Below, in pieces: positions 54,719-64,000 of a stretch of 64,000 bases of DNA (position 1 is the stretch's first letter; each line of letters opens with the position of its first letter). Origin of the DNA: a virus (taxonomy: Duplodnaviria; Caudoviricetes); the IMG/VR virus record IMGVR_UViG_3300016649_000355; one strand, written 5' to 3'. Made by a program: the position numbers and the translations under genes. The notes under the pieces are model-generated. The model saw nothing but the letters and a program-made list of their open reading frames with translations. It was not told the origin of the DNA and made no database searches.

Positions 54719-55535
54719 AGGATTTGTAGTTTTGGCACAAAATACAGATCAGGTAAATTATGTTAAGTGTGCTGAAGCATTGGCCATGAGCCTATATAAT
54801 GTCATGCCTGAAGCTCATGTTACATTAATATCTGATAATATCACATCGTCAGATTATTTTGATAATGTTGTTTCATTACCATACGGCGATCTCGCAAAAA
54901 ATAGTGATTGGAAGTTAATCAATGATTGGCAAGTGTACGAAGCCAGTCCCTATGAATACACGATAAAATTAGAGGCCGATCTGTACATACCTAGATCAAT
55001 CGAACATTGGTGGGAAATTTTGAAACCACATGATTTGATCATATCGACTAATATAAGAAATTTTCACAATGAGTTGTCAAATGTGAGGGCTTATCGTAGA
55101 TTCATAGACGATAATAAGTTGCCGGATACATATAATGCGATAACTTATTTTAAAAAATCAGATAAAGCCAAAAAATTCTTTGATACCGTAAAACAAATTT
55201 TCAATGACTGGGAACAAATAAAATCAAATTTTAAATGTAATCCTGACGAAAAAGCCTCTACCGATTTCGTTTATGCTATCGCAGCACATATAATCGGAGA
55301 AGAGAATTGTACATTGCCGTTGTTTAAAGATATGTCAATGATACATATGAAGCAATATATCAATAATCTACCATCCGAAGATTGGACTGATATTTTTGTA
55401 TACGAAATATTACCCAACGCACTAAGAGTGAACACTATCCCTCAGATGTATCCATTTCACTATCATGCCAAGCATTTTTGTGATACTTTAATAAAAGAAA
55501 CAGAATCATGGAAAATAAAGAAGAATACATATTAA
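54711..55535 (+). CDS. GT-A-fold (GT8-like) glycosyltransferase paralogue
   Basis: KGFVVLAQN..VTLISD; SPYEYTIKLEAD (ExD); alignable by eye with the preceding gene. Confidence 0.62.
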   Translation: MNKGFVVLAQNTDQVNYVKCAEALAMSLYNVMPEAHVTLISDNITSSDYFDNVVSLPYGDLAKNSDWKLINDWQVYEASPYEYTIKLEADLYIPRSIEHWWEILKPHDLIISTNIRNFHNELSNVRAYRRFIDDNKLPDTYNAITYFKKSDKAKKFFDTVKQIFNDWEQIKSNFKCNPDEKASTDFVYAIAAHIIGEENCTLPLFKDMSMIHMKQYINNLPSEDWTDIFVYEILPNALRVNTIPQMYPFHYHAKHFCDTLIKETESWKIKKNTY

Positions 55536-55861
55536 TTTGGGAAGCACCCAAGATAGTTCCACCTGAGTTTCGTTTGTATTATGATGACACTGGAAAAGTA
55601 TTATGTTATACTTGCGAGAAGCTAGAAGGTAATTATATTGTAATTGACAGCATTACCTATGCTGAAGCAAGGCCCGATATAAGAGTAGTTAACGGAAAAA
55701 TATCTACGGTATCCCCTCATTTAGTGATTTCAAAATTGGTCATGGATGATACTCAAGGTAAGTCGTGTTCGATTGATAATATAAGTATCATAGTTGAAAA
55801 TAATGAAGTTGAAACAAAAAAATGGAAACTAAAAACATATGAACTCGTCCAGCATAATTGA
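55508..55861 (+). CDS. Hypothetical protein (117 aa)
   Basis: Open frame overlapping both neighbours, typical codon usage. Confidence 0.7.
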   Translation: MENKEEYILIWEAPKIVPPEFRLYYDDTGKVLCYTCEKLEGNYIVIDSITYAEARPDIRVVNGKISTVSPHLVISKLVMDDTQGKSCSIDNISIIVENNEVETKKWKLKTYELVQHN

Positions 55862-56792
55862 TGTTGCAGATTTAGATTGCATATATCTAAGTTATGATGA
55901 GCCGCAGAAGGAAGAATTTTGGCTCAAGATCAAGAACATGGTGCCGTGGGCAAAGCGCGTTGACGGTGTGAAAGGTAGCGATGCCGCACACAAAGCGGCA
56001 GGAGAGGCTAGCGACACTGAACGATTCATTTTGATCGATGGTGATAACATGCCTGATGAATCTTTTTTTAATATGCAATTAGACTTCACTGATAAAGATC
56101 CTAGTTATCATAAAGCTCAGTTTCGATGGAAGGCAGTGAATTCAATCAATGGATTAAGATACGGCAACGGTGGTATGAGTTCATGGACTAAAACTTATGT
56201 CAGCGAGATGAAAACACATGAACATCAGGATGAAGGTGATTTATCCAGGGTGGCTGATTTCTGTTTAGATAGCAAAGATAATTTATATTGGGCTATGTAC
56301 GACTGTTATAGCACGACTTATCCGAACTATACACCATTTCAAGCGTGGCGTGCAGGTTTCCGTGAAGGTGTAAAAATGGTGTTAGATAGGGGTCATAGAC
56401 CAACTGTCGATGATTTTAAAGAGCGTGTAGCTAGCAGGAATTTAAACAATTTAACGATATGGCACAATATAGGGACAGATGTACAGAATGGTTTCTGGGC
56501 TATATATGGTAGTCGATTGGGTACTTACATGACATTATTGACTGATTGGGATCACACCAATGTTCAATGGTTTGATAACTATTTAGAGATGTGGGAAGAA
56601 CATAAAAACAAGAACCCTGAAGAAGAAGCAAATAGATTGGGCGTGTCATTGCATGATAAACTGGGATTGCCTATGTCTATAATGAATAAAGAACAGAGCA
56701 AGTTTTTCAAGCGACACTATAAAGCAGATTTTCATAATCTAGGTCCACTAGTTACTGAGATGGAAGTTATCCGTAGAATCGAAGGTTGGTAA
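55839..56792 (+). CDS. Putative GT-A-like nucleotide-sugar-using enzyme
   Basis: DCIYLSYDEP, RFILIDGD (DxD after a hydrophobic strand). Confidence 0.5.
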   Translation: MNSSSIIDVADLDCIYLSYDEPQKEEFWLKIKNMVPWAKRVDGVKGSDAAHKAAGEASDTERFILIDGDNMPDESFFNMQLDFTDKDPSYHKAQFRWKAVNSINGLRYGNGGMSSWTKTYVSEMKTHEHQDEGDLSRVADFCLDSKDNLYWAMYDCYSTTYPNYTPFQAWRAGFREGVKMVLDRGHRPTVDDFKERVASRNLNNLTIWHNIGTDVQNGFWAIYGSRLGTYMTLLTDWDHTNVQWFDNYLEMWEEHKNKNPEEEANRLGVSLHDKLGLPMSIMNKEQSKFFKRHYKADFHNLGPLVTEMEVIRRIEGW

Positions 56793-58183
56793 TGTCAGAC
56801 GAACAAAAACGAATTAAAGATATAAAAATCAAAATTGAGAATGAGGTTGGACCTACCTTTTGTCTAGCCAAATGGCATCATGTTACTATGTATCTGCAAT
56901 CAGGAGAAACGCATAGCTGTTATCATCCTCGCCCACACAAGATTCCATTGAATGAATTGCAGAATAATCCTTCTGCATTGCATAACACACAAGAAAAGAA
57001 AATGGAACGCAAGTTGATGCTTGAGGGCGGCAAGCCCGAAGGATGCCAATACTGCTGGAACATTGAAGCGATGGGTCCCGATTACATCAGTGATAGACAT
57101 ATCAGGAACGGTAGCATCTTTACCGAAGAAAGATACAATCAGTGTAAAGATAGCTGGACAGTTGATGTTAATCCAGAATATATTGAGATCAATTTCGGTA
57201 ACGAGTGTAATTTTAAATGCGGTTATTGTCATCCCAAATATAGCACAAGCTTTTATAAAGAGATCGAAACACACGGACCAGTAACATCTGTCAAGAACCA
57301 TCGTTGTGACATCGACTGGATGAAACTTTATCAGCGTGAAGAAGAGAACCCATATGTTGATGCGTTCTGGGAGTGGTGGCCTGAATTAAGGAAAACATTA
57401 AACATCATGCGTGTGACTGGGGGAGAACCCACATTGCACAAATCTACATGGACATTACTAGACAAGATCGACCAGGATCCCATGCCGTGGTTAGAACTAA
57501 ATATTAATAGTAATTTAGGAACAAAGCCTGTGTTGATCGAAAGACTGGCAGCAAAAGTAAAAAAATTAACATCAGAAAATAAAATAAAAAACTTTAAATT
57601 ATTTACTAGCATGGATACTTGGGGAGATAGGGCAGAATACATACGCACCGGATTAGATTTAGAATTATGGGAACATAATTTTCATACATATCTTCAAGGT
57701 ACCGACAGCCCCATAACTTTCATGATTACTTTTAATATTTTCAGTGTCACTACATTTAAATCATTATTAGAGAAAATGTTAGAATGGCGAAAGCAGTATG
57801 GATGGTATGATGATATCAAATCACACAGGGTAAGATTTGACACACCTTATCTGCGCGATCCTATACAATATGATATGAATATCTTACCTAAAGAAGAATT
57901 CATGCCTTATATGCATGAAGCATTAAAATTCATGAAAGATAATTTGAATGATGATGCAAGCGATAAGTTTACCAGTATTGAATATGAAAAATTCAAGCGT
58001 GTGGTAGACTACATGGCAGAAACAGTTTATCCCGAAGAAAGATTGATCGAAGGCCGAAAAGATTTTTATAATTGGTTTAATGAATTAGATGAAAGAAGGG
58101 ATAATGATATGTTATCTGTATTTCCAGAAATGATTAAATTTTATAGATTATGTCAAGAAACAAATCAACTAAACCCAAACTAA
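56792..58183 (+). CDS. Radical SAM protein 1 with N-terminal Cys cluster (twitch-like)
   Basis: CNFKCGYC (CxxxCxxC), TGGEP; N-terminal FCLAKW..SCYH..GCQYCW. Probable start ATG 56792 (TAATG). Confidence 0.88.
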   Translation: MSDEQKRIKDIKIKIENEVGPTFCLAKWHHVTMYLQSGETHSCYHPRPHKIPLNELQNNPSALHNTQEKKMERKLMLEGGKPEGCQYCWNIEAMGPDYISDRHIRNGSIFTEERYNQCKDSWTVDVNPEYIEINFGNECNFKCGYCHPKYSTSFYKEIETHGPVTSVKNHRCDIDWMKLYQREEENPYVDAFWEWWPELRKTLNIMRVTGGEPTLHKSTWTLLDKIDQDPMPWLELNINSNLGTKPVLIERLAAKVKKLTSENKIKNFKLFTSMDTWGDRAEYIRTGLDLELWEHNFHTYLQGTDSPITFMITFNIFSVTTFKSLLEKMLEWRKQYGWYDDIKSHRVRFDTPYLRDPIQYDMNILPKEEFMPYMHEALKFMKDNLNDDASDKFTSIEYEKFKRVVDYMAETVYPEERLIEGRKDFYNWFNELDERRDNDMLSVFPEMIKFYRLCQETNQLNPN

Positions 58184-59442
58184 ACTTAGATAAAAGCTTT
58201 AATCTCACTGAGAGCAAAACTTTTTGTATGGCGCCATGGGTGCATCTACATACTACACCGACTGGTCTAGTAGCGCCCTGCTGCATATCTACTGCCACTT
58301 CAACAGAACACGGATTTGGAAATTCTAAGGATAATACTATCGAAGAATTGATAAATGTCGAGGAGATGAAAAAATTACGGGTAGATATGTTAAGCGGTGT
58401 GGAAAATATCGAATGTAATGGGTGTTACGCGCATGAAAAAAATAATATCAAGAGTTTTCGACAAATGCACAACGAAGAGTTGGGTAAATTTTACGATAGT
58501 GATGTTTTAGAAAATACCAATAAAAACGGTTCCTTAAAAAAATTCACTATGCGATATTTTGATATGCGGTTTAATAACATATGTAATTTTAAATGTCGAA
58601 CCTGTGGCCCCTTTTTCAGTAGTCAATGGGAACAAGAAAATCTTAAAAATAATGTAGTTTGGGCTAAACCAGTACCGAAAAACAATAAGCCTGAATTTTT
58701 AGAAGAATTATTAACACATGTAGATTACTTAGATAGCGCATATTTTGCCGGCGGTGAACCATTGATCACTGATGAGCATTATGTGATGCTTGAAGAAATG
58801 ATTAAAAAGAATCGAACTGATATCAAGTTAAGGTATAATACAAATCTGAGCAATTTAAAATTTAAAGATAAAGATTTACTGTCATTATGGAAGCACTTTA
58901 AAAACCCTGTAGATGTTTATGCTAGTATAGATCATTTTGGGGAAAAGGCAGAATATATAAGGCATGGCACAGACTGGGCCACTGTAGAAGAAAATTTTCA
59001 GAAAGTAAAATCCACCAAATTCATAAAAGTTTATATTAATACTGTTTTAAGTGTTTTTAATTACATGACATTACATGAATTCTTTCAATATTTGATTGAC
59101 AAAAAATTTTATAATCCTAGAGATGGTGCTTTTACAGTATATAAAATGTCTACTCCTGCACATTTTGCAGCACATATAATTCCGGAAAAACTTAAGTTAA
59201 TAGGAAAAGATAATATTTCTAAATTACACGATTATATGAAAATTCAAAAATTTAAAAAAGAGCAGTTGAAACAAATCGAGGATATCAATGCATGGGTATG
59301 CTCAACCGATACTTGGGACCTGCATCAGGATGCATTCCGTTTAGAAATTAACCGTGTGGATAAAATACGGGGCGAAAGATTTAGTAAAGTTTTTCCAGAA
59401 CTATCTGAGTTGGTAGACAGAAAAAGGTTTTTTCCTTTATGA
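58150..59442 (+). CDS. Radical SAM protein 2 with N-terminal twitch-like domain
   Basis: CNFKCRTC, AGGEP; FCMAPW..PCC..ECNGCY. Confidence 0.9.
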   Translation: MSRNKSTKPKLNLDKSFNLTESKTFCMAPWVHLHTTPTGLVAPCCISTATSTEHGFGNSKDNTIEELINVEEMKKLRVDMLSGVENIECNGCYAHEKNNIKSFRQMHNEELGKFYDSDVLENTNKNGSLKKFTMRYFDMRFNNICNFKCRTCGPFFSSQWEQENLKNNVVWAKPVPKNNKPEFLEELLTHVDYLDSAYFAGGEPLITDEHYVMLEEMIKKNRTDIKLRYNTNLSNLKFKDKDLLSLWKHFKNPVDVYASIDHFGEKAEYIRHGTDWATVEENFQKVKSTKFIKVYINTVLSVFNYMTLHEFFQYLIDKKFYNPRDGAFTVYKMSTPAHFAAHIIPEKLKLIGKDNISKLHDYMKIQKFKKEQLKQIEDINAWVCSTDTWDLHQDAFRLEINRVDKIRGERFSKVFPELSELVDRKRFFPL

Positions 59443-60674
59443 AATTGAACAAAACATTTTTACTTGAAGAAAGTAAAGTATTTTGCATGTTTCCATGGCT
59501 ACACTTGAATGTTACCCCTAAGGGCGATATTTATCCTTGTTGTAGTAATAACTATACTACCCCTTTTGGAAATACGAAAGAGATCACATTAAAGCAGGCT
59601 TTTAATAGTCCCGAGATGAAACAATTGCGACTTGACATGCTCAATGAGCGTCCTAATAAAATTTGCGATTTCTGTTATAAACACGAAGAAGCGGGACCAC
59701 ATAGTTTTAGAAATTATAGCAAAGAGCAATTCGCTAAACATTTTGATGAATTAGTTCCCACTACACAACAAGACGGTACAGTTGATCAATTTAAAATGCA
59801 CTATTTTGATATCCGTTTCAGTAATATATGTAACTTTAAATGCAGGACCTGCGGTTCAGAGTTTAGTAGTCAGTGGGCAGCAGAGATGCAAAAAAATTAT
59901 GATCCAAAACATCCTATAGTGATTCATGCAGATGATGGTAAAGGAAAATTATTAGAAGAAGTTCTAACTCATATCGAACACATTGACCTTGCCTATTTTG
60001 CAGGGGGCGAACCATTGATCACTGATGAGCATTATGTGATGCTTGAAGAGATGATCAGAATGAAAAGAACTGACATCACTCTAAGGTACAACACGAACGC
60101 TAGCAATATTAAATATAAAAATCATGATGTATTAGACTTATGGAAACATTTCAAACGGATAGAACTAAGTTGTTCAATCGACCATTATGGTGATAGAGCC
60201 GAATATCTACGAAAGGGAACTGACTGGGGAAAAGTAGAAAGCAATTTGCTTACTTTTCGTGATCTTGATTTTGTGATATTTCAGATGAACACTGTGTTTA
60301 GTTTATATAATTACTTAACCATTGGTGAATTTTATCAGTACTTGAAAGATAAAAATATTGTTCGCAGGGAAGATTGGTATCATAGTCTATATCTTGCGGT
60401 GCATCCCAGCTATTATTGTGCTAAGAGTTTACCAAAAGAATTAAAATTACAAGCAGAACAAAAAGCATTAAGATATAGTGATGCAAACAAAGATGACGGA
60501 ACATCATTGTCAAGATTAATCACTGATGCGGTCAATTTTGCCAAAGACGGTCATGGTTGGCAAGATAACCGCGAAAAGTTCTTGATGCATACTAAATCTA
60601 TTGATAGAATACGGGATGAAAGTTTTTGGAAAACATTCCCTGAATTAAATAAACTTGCTGACCTACTGGAGTAA
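59439..60674 (+). CDS. Radical SAM protein 3 with N-terminal twitch-like domain
   Basis: CNFKCRTC, AGGEP; FCMFPW..PCC..ICDFCY. Confidence 0.9.
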   Translation: MKLNKTFLLEESKVFCMFPWLHLNVTPKGDIYPCCSNNYTTPFGNTKEITLKQAFNSPEMKQLRLDMLNERPNKICDFCYKHEEAGPHSFRNYSKEQFAKHFDELVPTTQQDGTVDQFKMHYFDIRFSNICNFKCRTCGSEFSSQWAAEMQKNYDPKHPIVIHADDGKGKLLEEVLTHIEHIDLAYFAGGEPLITDEHYVMLEEMIRMKRTDITLRYNTNASNIKYKNHDVLDLWKHFKRIELSCSIDHYGDRAEYLRKGTDWGKVESNLLTFRDLDFVIFQMNTVFSLYNYLTIGEFYQYLKDKNIVRREDWYHSLYLAVHPSYYCAKSLPKELKLQAEQKALRYSDANKDDGTSLSRLITDAVNFAKDGHGWQDNREKFLMHTKSIDRIRDESFWKTFPELNKLADLLE

Positions 60675-60676
60675 TA

Positions 60677-61948
60677 ATGGATACAATCACAACCGAAAAC
60701 CTTGTTAAACATGGAAAACATTTTTGCGTACTGCCCTGGGTACACTTTCATAGCTGGCCTGATGGCAGGGTAATGCCTTGTTGCGTGGCAGATAGTAATA
60801 TGCCTGTCGCCGATCTCAAAGATGATGAGTCTATCATTCAAATGATGAATAGCAACGATTTTAAAAAGTTGCGTGTAGCCATGATGAACGATGAACCAGT
60901 AGAAGCCTGTAAAAGATGCTATGATCTAGAACTCATGGGTACCTGGACTATGCGTCAGAGCCATAACAAACGCAAGGGTCTAGAGTATGTCAAGTATATC
61001 AGTGAAAATACCAATGAAGATGGGAGTCTCAAGAAGTTTGAGATGAAATATATGGATCTACGATTCAGTAGCATTTGCAACATGAAATGTCGTAGTTGTG
61101 GACCCGGCTGCTCAAGCCAGTGGGCGCAAGAATTCGTAGATAGAATGGGGGTAGATGAGTACGAAAAATATTTCAAGACACGCAAGATCGTTATCAACAC
61201 ATCCGAAGAAATGAATTTCATGACAAAACTCAAGCCATACTTACAAGATGTCACTGAAGTTTATTTTGCGGGCGGTGAGATCATCATCACCCCTGAGCAT
61301 TATGAGTGTCTTGATTATTGGATCGAGAACGGAATCAATGAAACAATTGAGTTAACTTACACAACAAACTTTAGCACCCTCAAAGGATATAAAGATAAAG
61401 ATTTACTTGAGTATTGGAAAAAATTCCCTAAATTAAAAATTTGGGCAAGCTTAGATGCGCATGGCAAAGTTGCAGAGTGTATCCGTAAAGGCACTGACTG
61501 GGAAAAGATCGAAAACAATATCAAACTTGTAAAAGAGCAAGTGCCACACGCAGAATTTCAGATCACCCCCACAATTAGTTTGTGGAATGTATTTACCTTT
61601 CCTGACTTTTTTGATTACATGATCGATAAAGGATACATCGATACTAAATCAAGCCCTAGATTTAATCTCGCTACTAATCCGTGGTATGCAAATATCATGA
61701 TCATGCCTGCTCATGTCAAGCGTAGATTAGCTGAACTTTATAGAGTCTATCAAAATAAGTATAAGGACAATGTTGATATACATAATGGTTTCAAGATGAT
61801 CATCTATAATCTCACTGTGGGAGATGAAAATAAAGGTGGTATACAGGAATTTATAAAGTTCAACGAAGAGTTAGACGGTTTTAGAAATGAAAAATTAGAA
61901 GATATTATTCCTGAACTTAAAGAGGTGTTTCATTGGGCAAGAAATTAA
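60677..61948 (+). CDS. Radical SAM protein 4 with N-terminal twitch-like domain
   Basis: CNMKCRSC, AGGE; FCVLPW..PCC..ACKRCY. Confidence 0.9.
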   Translation: MDTITTENLVKHGKHFCVLPWVHFHSWPDGRVMPCCVADSNMPVADLKDDESIIQMMNSNDFKKLRVAMMNDEPVEACKRCYDLELMGTWTMRQSHNKRKGLEYVKYISENTNEDGSLKKFEMKYMDLRFSSICNMKCRSCGPGCSSQWAQEFVDRMGVDEYEKYFKTRKIVINTSEEMNFMTKLKPYLQDVTEVYFAGGEIIITPEHYECLDYWIENGINETIELTYTTNFSTLKGYKDKDLLEYWKKFPKLKIWASLDAHGKVAECIRKGTDWEKIENNIKLVKEQVPHAEFQITPTISLWNVFTFPDFFDYMIDKGYIDTKSSPRFNLATNPWYANIMIMPAHVKRRLAELYRVYQNKYKDNVDIHNGFKMIIYNLTVGDENKGGIQEFIKFNEELDGFRNEKLEDIIPELKEVFHWARN

Positions 61949-62913
61949 TAGCAATCGAAGCTCCGCAGCCCTACTTAGCCGTTACCTGGCAAGTCAATAA
62001 TTTTTGCAATTACAAATGTAGCTATTGCAATCCAGGCAATTGGGGAGGAACTGATCGCAATGAAGGTAATCTAGACCTTTATCTTGCTAACCTAGAAACG
62101 ATCATCAATCGATATAGGCATTCGGGATACAAAAACTTTAAATTCTTTTTTAGTGGCGGTGAGCCCACAGCCTGGAGTAACTTCATTCCGATTTGTGAAT
62201 GGATATATAATACATTACCAAGGGCCACTTTAGCAGTCAATACTAACTTAAGCAGGCCATTGGCATGGTGGCAAAAACATTATCATCTATTTGACGATGT
62301 GGTTGCAAGTTTTCACATTGAGTTTGCTGATAAAAAAAGATACGAAGAGAACAGTATATTTTTGTGTGATAAGGTAAACTATCTTTCTACAAAGATGCTG
62401 ATGCATGAAGAAAGATTTTGGGAAGTAGTCGAGTATGGAAATTATCTCAAAACAGTGATGCCTAACTACTTCTTAGAATGGACTCCCCTGTTTGATGAAA
62501 TGAGTGTAAATACTGGTCCATGGCATTACAAAGATCCTGCCAAAGAACAATGGCTGAAAGAACACATTACTGAAATTCAGCAAACCAAACGCAAGCCCAT
62601 GAAGCGCACCACACTTACTGTAAGTTACAACAAGTATGATGATGGGTCTAGTGAAGTGTGCAACAGCAATGAAGTTATCGTCGCCGGGAATAATTTTTTC
62701 AGTGGATGGAATTGTAATGTAGGTGATTGTATTTTTATAAATCCGGTAGGGGAGATGAGTCTAGCAAGCTGCGGTATGGGCGGTTATGTAGGTCATATTT
62801 TAAATGATATTAATAGGGTAGGTCCTAAACAAATCATTTGTGAAAAAGAACATTGTCACTGCGGTACAGATATCATTATTCCTAAATTTAATTCTGATTT
62901 TGTTACCCAATGA
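61933..62913 (+). CDS. Radical SAM protein 5 with C-terminal Cys cluster
   Basis: CNYKCSYC, SGGEP; C-terminal WNC..SC..ICEKEHCHC; TTG start with GAGGTG SD. Confidence 0.88.
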   Translation: MGKKLIAIEAPQPYLAVTWQVNNFCNYKCSYCNPGNWGGTDRNEGNLDLYLANLETIINRYRHSGYKNFKFFFSGGEPTAWSNFIPICEWIYNTLPRATLAVNTNLSRPLAWWQKHYHLFDDVVASFHIEFADKKRYEENSIFLCDKVNYLSTKMLMHEERFWEVVEYGNYLKTVMPNYFLEWTPLFDEMSVNTGPWHYKDPAKEQWLKEHITEIQQTKRKPMKRTTLTVSYNKYDDGSSEVCNSNEVIVAGNNFFSGWNCNVGDCIFINPVGEMSLASCGMGGYVGHILNDINRVGPKQIICEKEHCHCGTDIIIPKFNSDFVTQ

Positions 62914-64000
62914 ATAAGATATATGTAGCATATAGTTGGATAGGTCCCACTGGCCCACTCTCTAATAATCAAGTACCCACAATTCTTACTTTAGCAGATA
63001 ATTATAATGAAACAAATATAATATCTGATAAAAATGATCGCGAGGATACATGGGAAAGAATTTTTTCGCAGGGGCCAGACTTGTATTCTTTAAAACCTTC
63101 GGCTACTCTTGAACAAAATGATATTTTTGTTTTTCCATTCAAGCTTAATGTAAGAACACCGTTATCAAGTTATTTTTCATACAATAATGGTTTGCTAGAA
63201 TATAGTTTTACCGGCGGTGATGTCAACGCAAAAGTAAGAGAATTTAATGGCTATTTTGTATTTGATTTCAGAGATGAAGCTTCAGTTAGCGAACAATTTT
63301 TTTCAGCAATACACTCTTATTTTAAAATGCACGGTATGCTCGCGTATAAAGTGATATTTTTAACAGGTGCTATAAATGTTGTAGAATTATATGAAAAATT
63401 TTGTAGCAAGCATAATTTTACGCCGGGGGAGCAATCTAGAATTAAATTTATTCCTTGCCCTGACTATGAACCATTCAATAAACAGATATGTCATAAGACG
63501 ATACATACTTTTACAGAACCTGAATATAATATAGAAGTAGTCCCGAGTAAATTTTTTCTATGCTGGAATCGCAGATTTAGGAAGCATAGAATCACACTTT
63601 GCCTGGCTATGGAAAAATCAAAATTGATTGAGAAAAGTTACCTAAGCCTTGCTAGAAAAGACGCTGCGTTCGACAAAGACATCACAGAATTTATACATGA
63701 TATTCCACCGGAAATGAATATTGATGAAAATACTAAAAATGAATTAATTAAAAGATTGCCTTTGATTTTAGATGAGGAATCTAATGTTTCTGAAATGTGT
63801 ACGGATTCCTTATATAAGACGAGACCTTTTTATAGTGATAGTTTAGTTAGTATCGTCACTGAAACAAATTTTGATTTGCCCATATTAACATCTACAGAAA
63901 AAACATTTAAACCGATGCGCGAAAAACATCCGTTTATATTAGTTGCTTCCTCGGGAGCATTAAAAGCCTTAAAAAGTATAGGATTTAAAACATTCGATAA
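62910..64000 (+). CDS. Partial CDS, possibly GT-B-like (TEK motif) protein
   Basis: Not in the ORF track. ATGA overlap with rSAM5; open to the window edge (MNKIYVAYSWIGP...FLCWNRRFRKHR...SIVTETNF..STEKTFKP..HPFI). Family assignment is weak. Confidence 0.7.
   Translation, partial: MNKIYVAYSWIGPTGPLSNNQVPTILTLADNYNETNIISDKNDREDTWERIFSQGPDLYSLKPSATLEQNDIFVFPFKLNVRTPLSSYFSYNNGLLEYSFTGGDVNAKVREFNGYFVFDFRDEASVSEQFFSAIHSYFKMHGMLAYKVIFLTGAINVVELYEKFCSKHNFTPGEQSRIKFIPCPDYEPFNKQICHKTIHTFTEPEYNIEVVPSKFFLCWNRRFRKHRITLCLAMEKSKLIEKSYLSLARKDAAFDKDITEFIHDIPPEMNIDENTKNELIKRLPLILDEESNVSEMCTDSLYKTRPFYSDSLVSIVTETNFDLPILTSTEKTFKPMREKHPFILVASSGALKALKSIGFKTFD

Noticed and set aside
53604-56792. RiPP precursor peptide for the radical SAM array
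   Set aside because: No short ORF with a leader/core pattern between or before these overlapping genes; the 103-aa and 117-aa proteins look globular.
3215-62913. The many 60-220 aa ORFs nested antisense or out of frame within large genes
   Set aside because: Expected shadows of codon bias; none shows a promoter, SD or protein motif.
1-64000. Stop-codon reassignment (no gene I called ends in TAG)
   Set aside because: Genes, including 6495 codons, are intact under the standard code with no in-frame TAG; absence of TAG stops fits AT-rich bias.
1-64000. tRNA, rRNA, integrase, transposase, reverse transcriptase/DGR
   Set aside because: No cloverleaf, catalytic motifs or adenine-specific TR/VR repeat pair seen by eye; the one exact repeat (rSAM2/3) shows no A-specific mismatches.

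Overview
A gene-dense, AT-rich 64 kb segment of a large T4-like (gp23-type capsid) contractile-tailed phage, almost entirely the virion morphogenesis region. Left to right: a partial Asn-rich repeat fibre gene; a head operon on the minus strand (tape measure with GH19 domain, portal gp20, two core proteins, protease gp21, scaffold gp22, capsid gp23); a divergent gp26-like chaperone; a converging DNA-metabolism block (late sigma gp55, gp47, gp46, Hjc-type resolvase) plus a NUMOD4-HNH gene; a long plus-strand baseplate operon (tube initiator, gp53, hub, gp5-like spike, gp25, gp6, a 6495-aa modular gp7-like protein, fibres); and a translationally coupled cluster of glycosyltransferase-like genes and five radical SAM genes. 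The best signals missing from the ORF track are: (1) a textbook -1 frameshift signal (T_TTT_TTC, 7-nt spacer, 13-bp hairpin) that would fuse the gp26-like ORF to a start-less gp51-like frame, as in lambda G/GT; (2) a ~430-nt GC-enriched, densely base-paired non-coding element with end repeats and a switchable helix; (3) at least six genes whose ATG lies 4-6 nt after a TAAATA late-promoter box, implying leaderless late mRNAs; (4) the apparently late-expressed GT/radical-SAM cluster as a candidate virion-glycan pathway. Products were assigned by eye from motifs and synteny; no database search was run. Host and taxonomy cannot be determined from this window.
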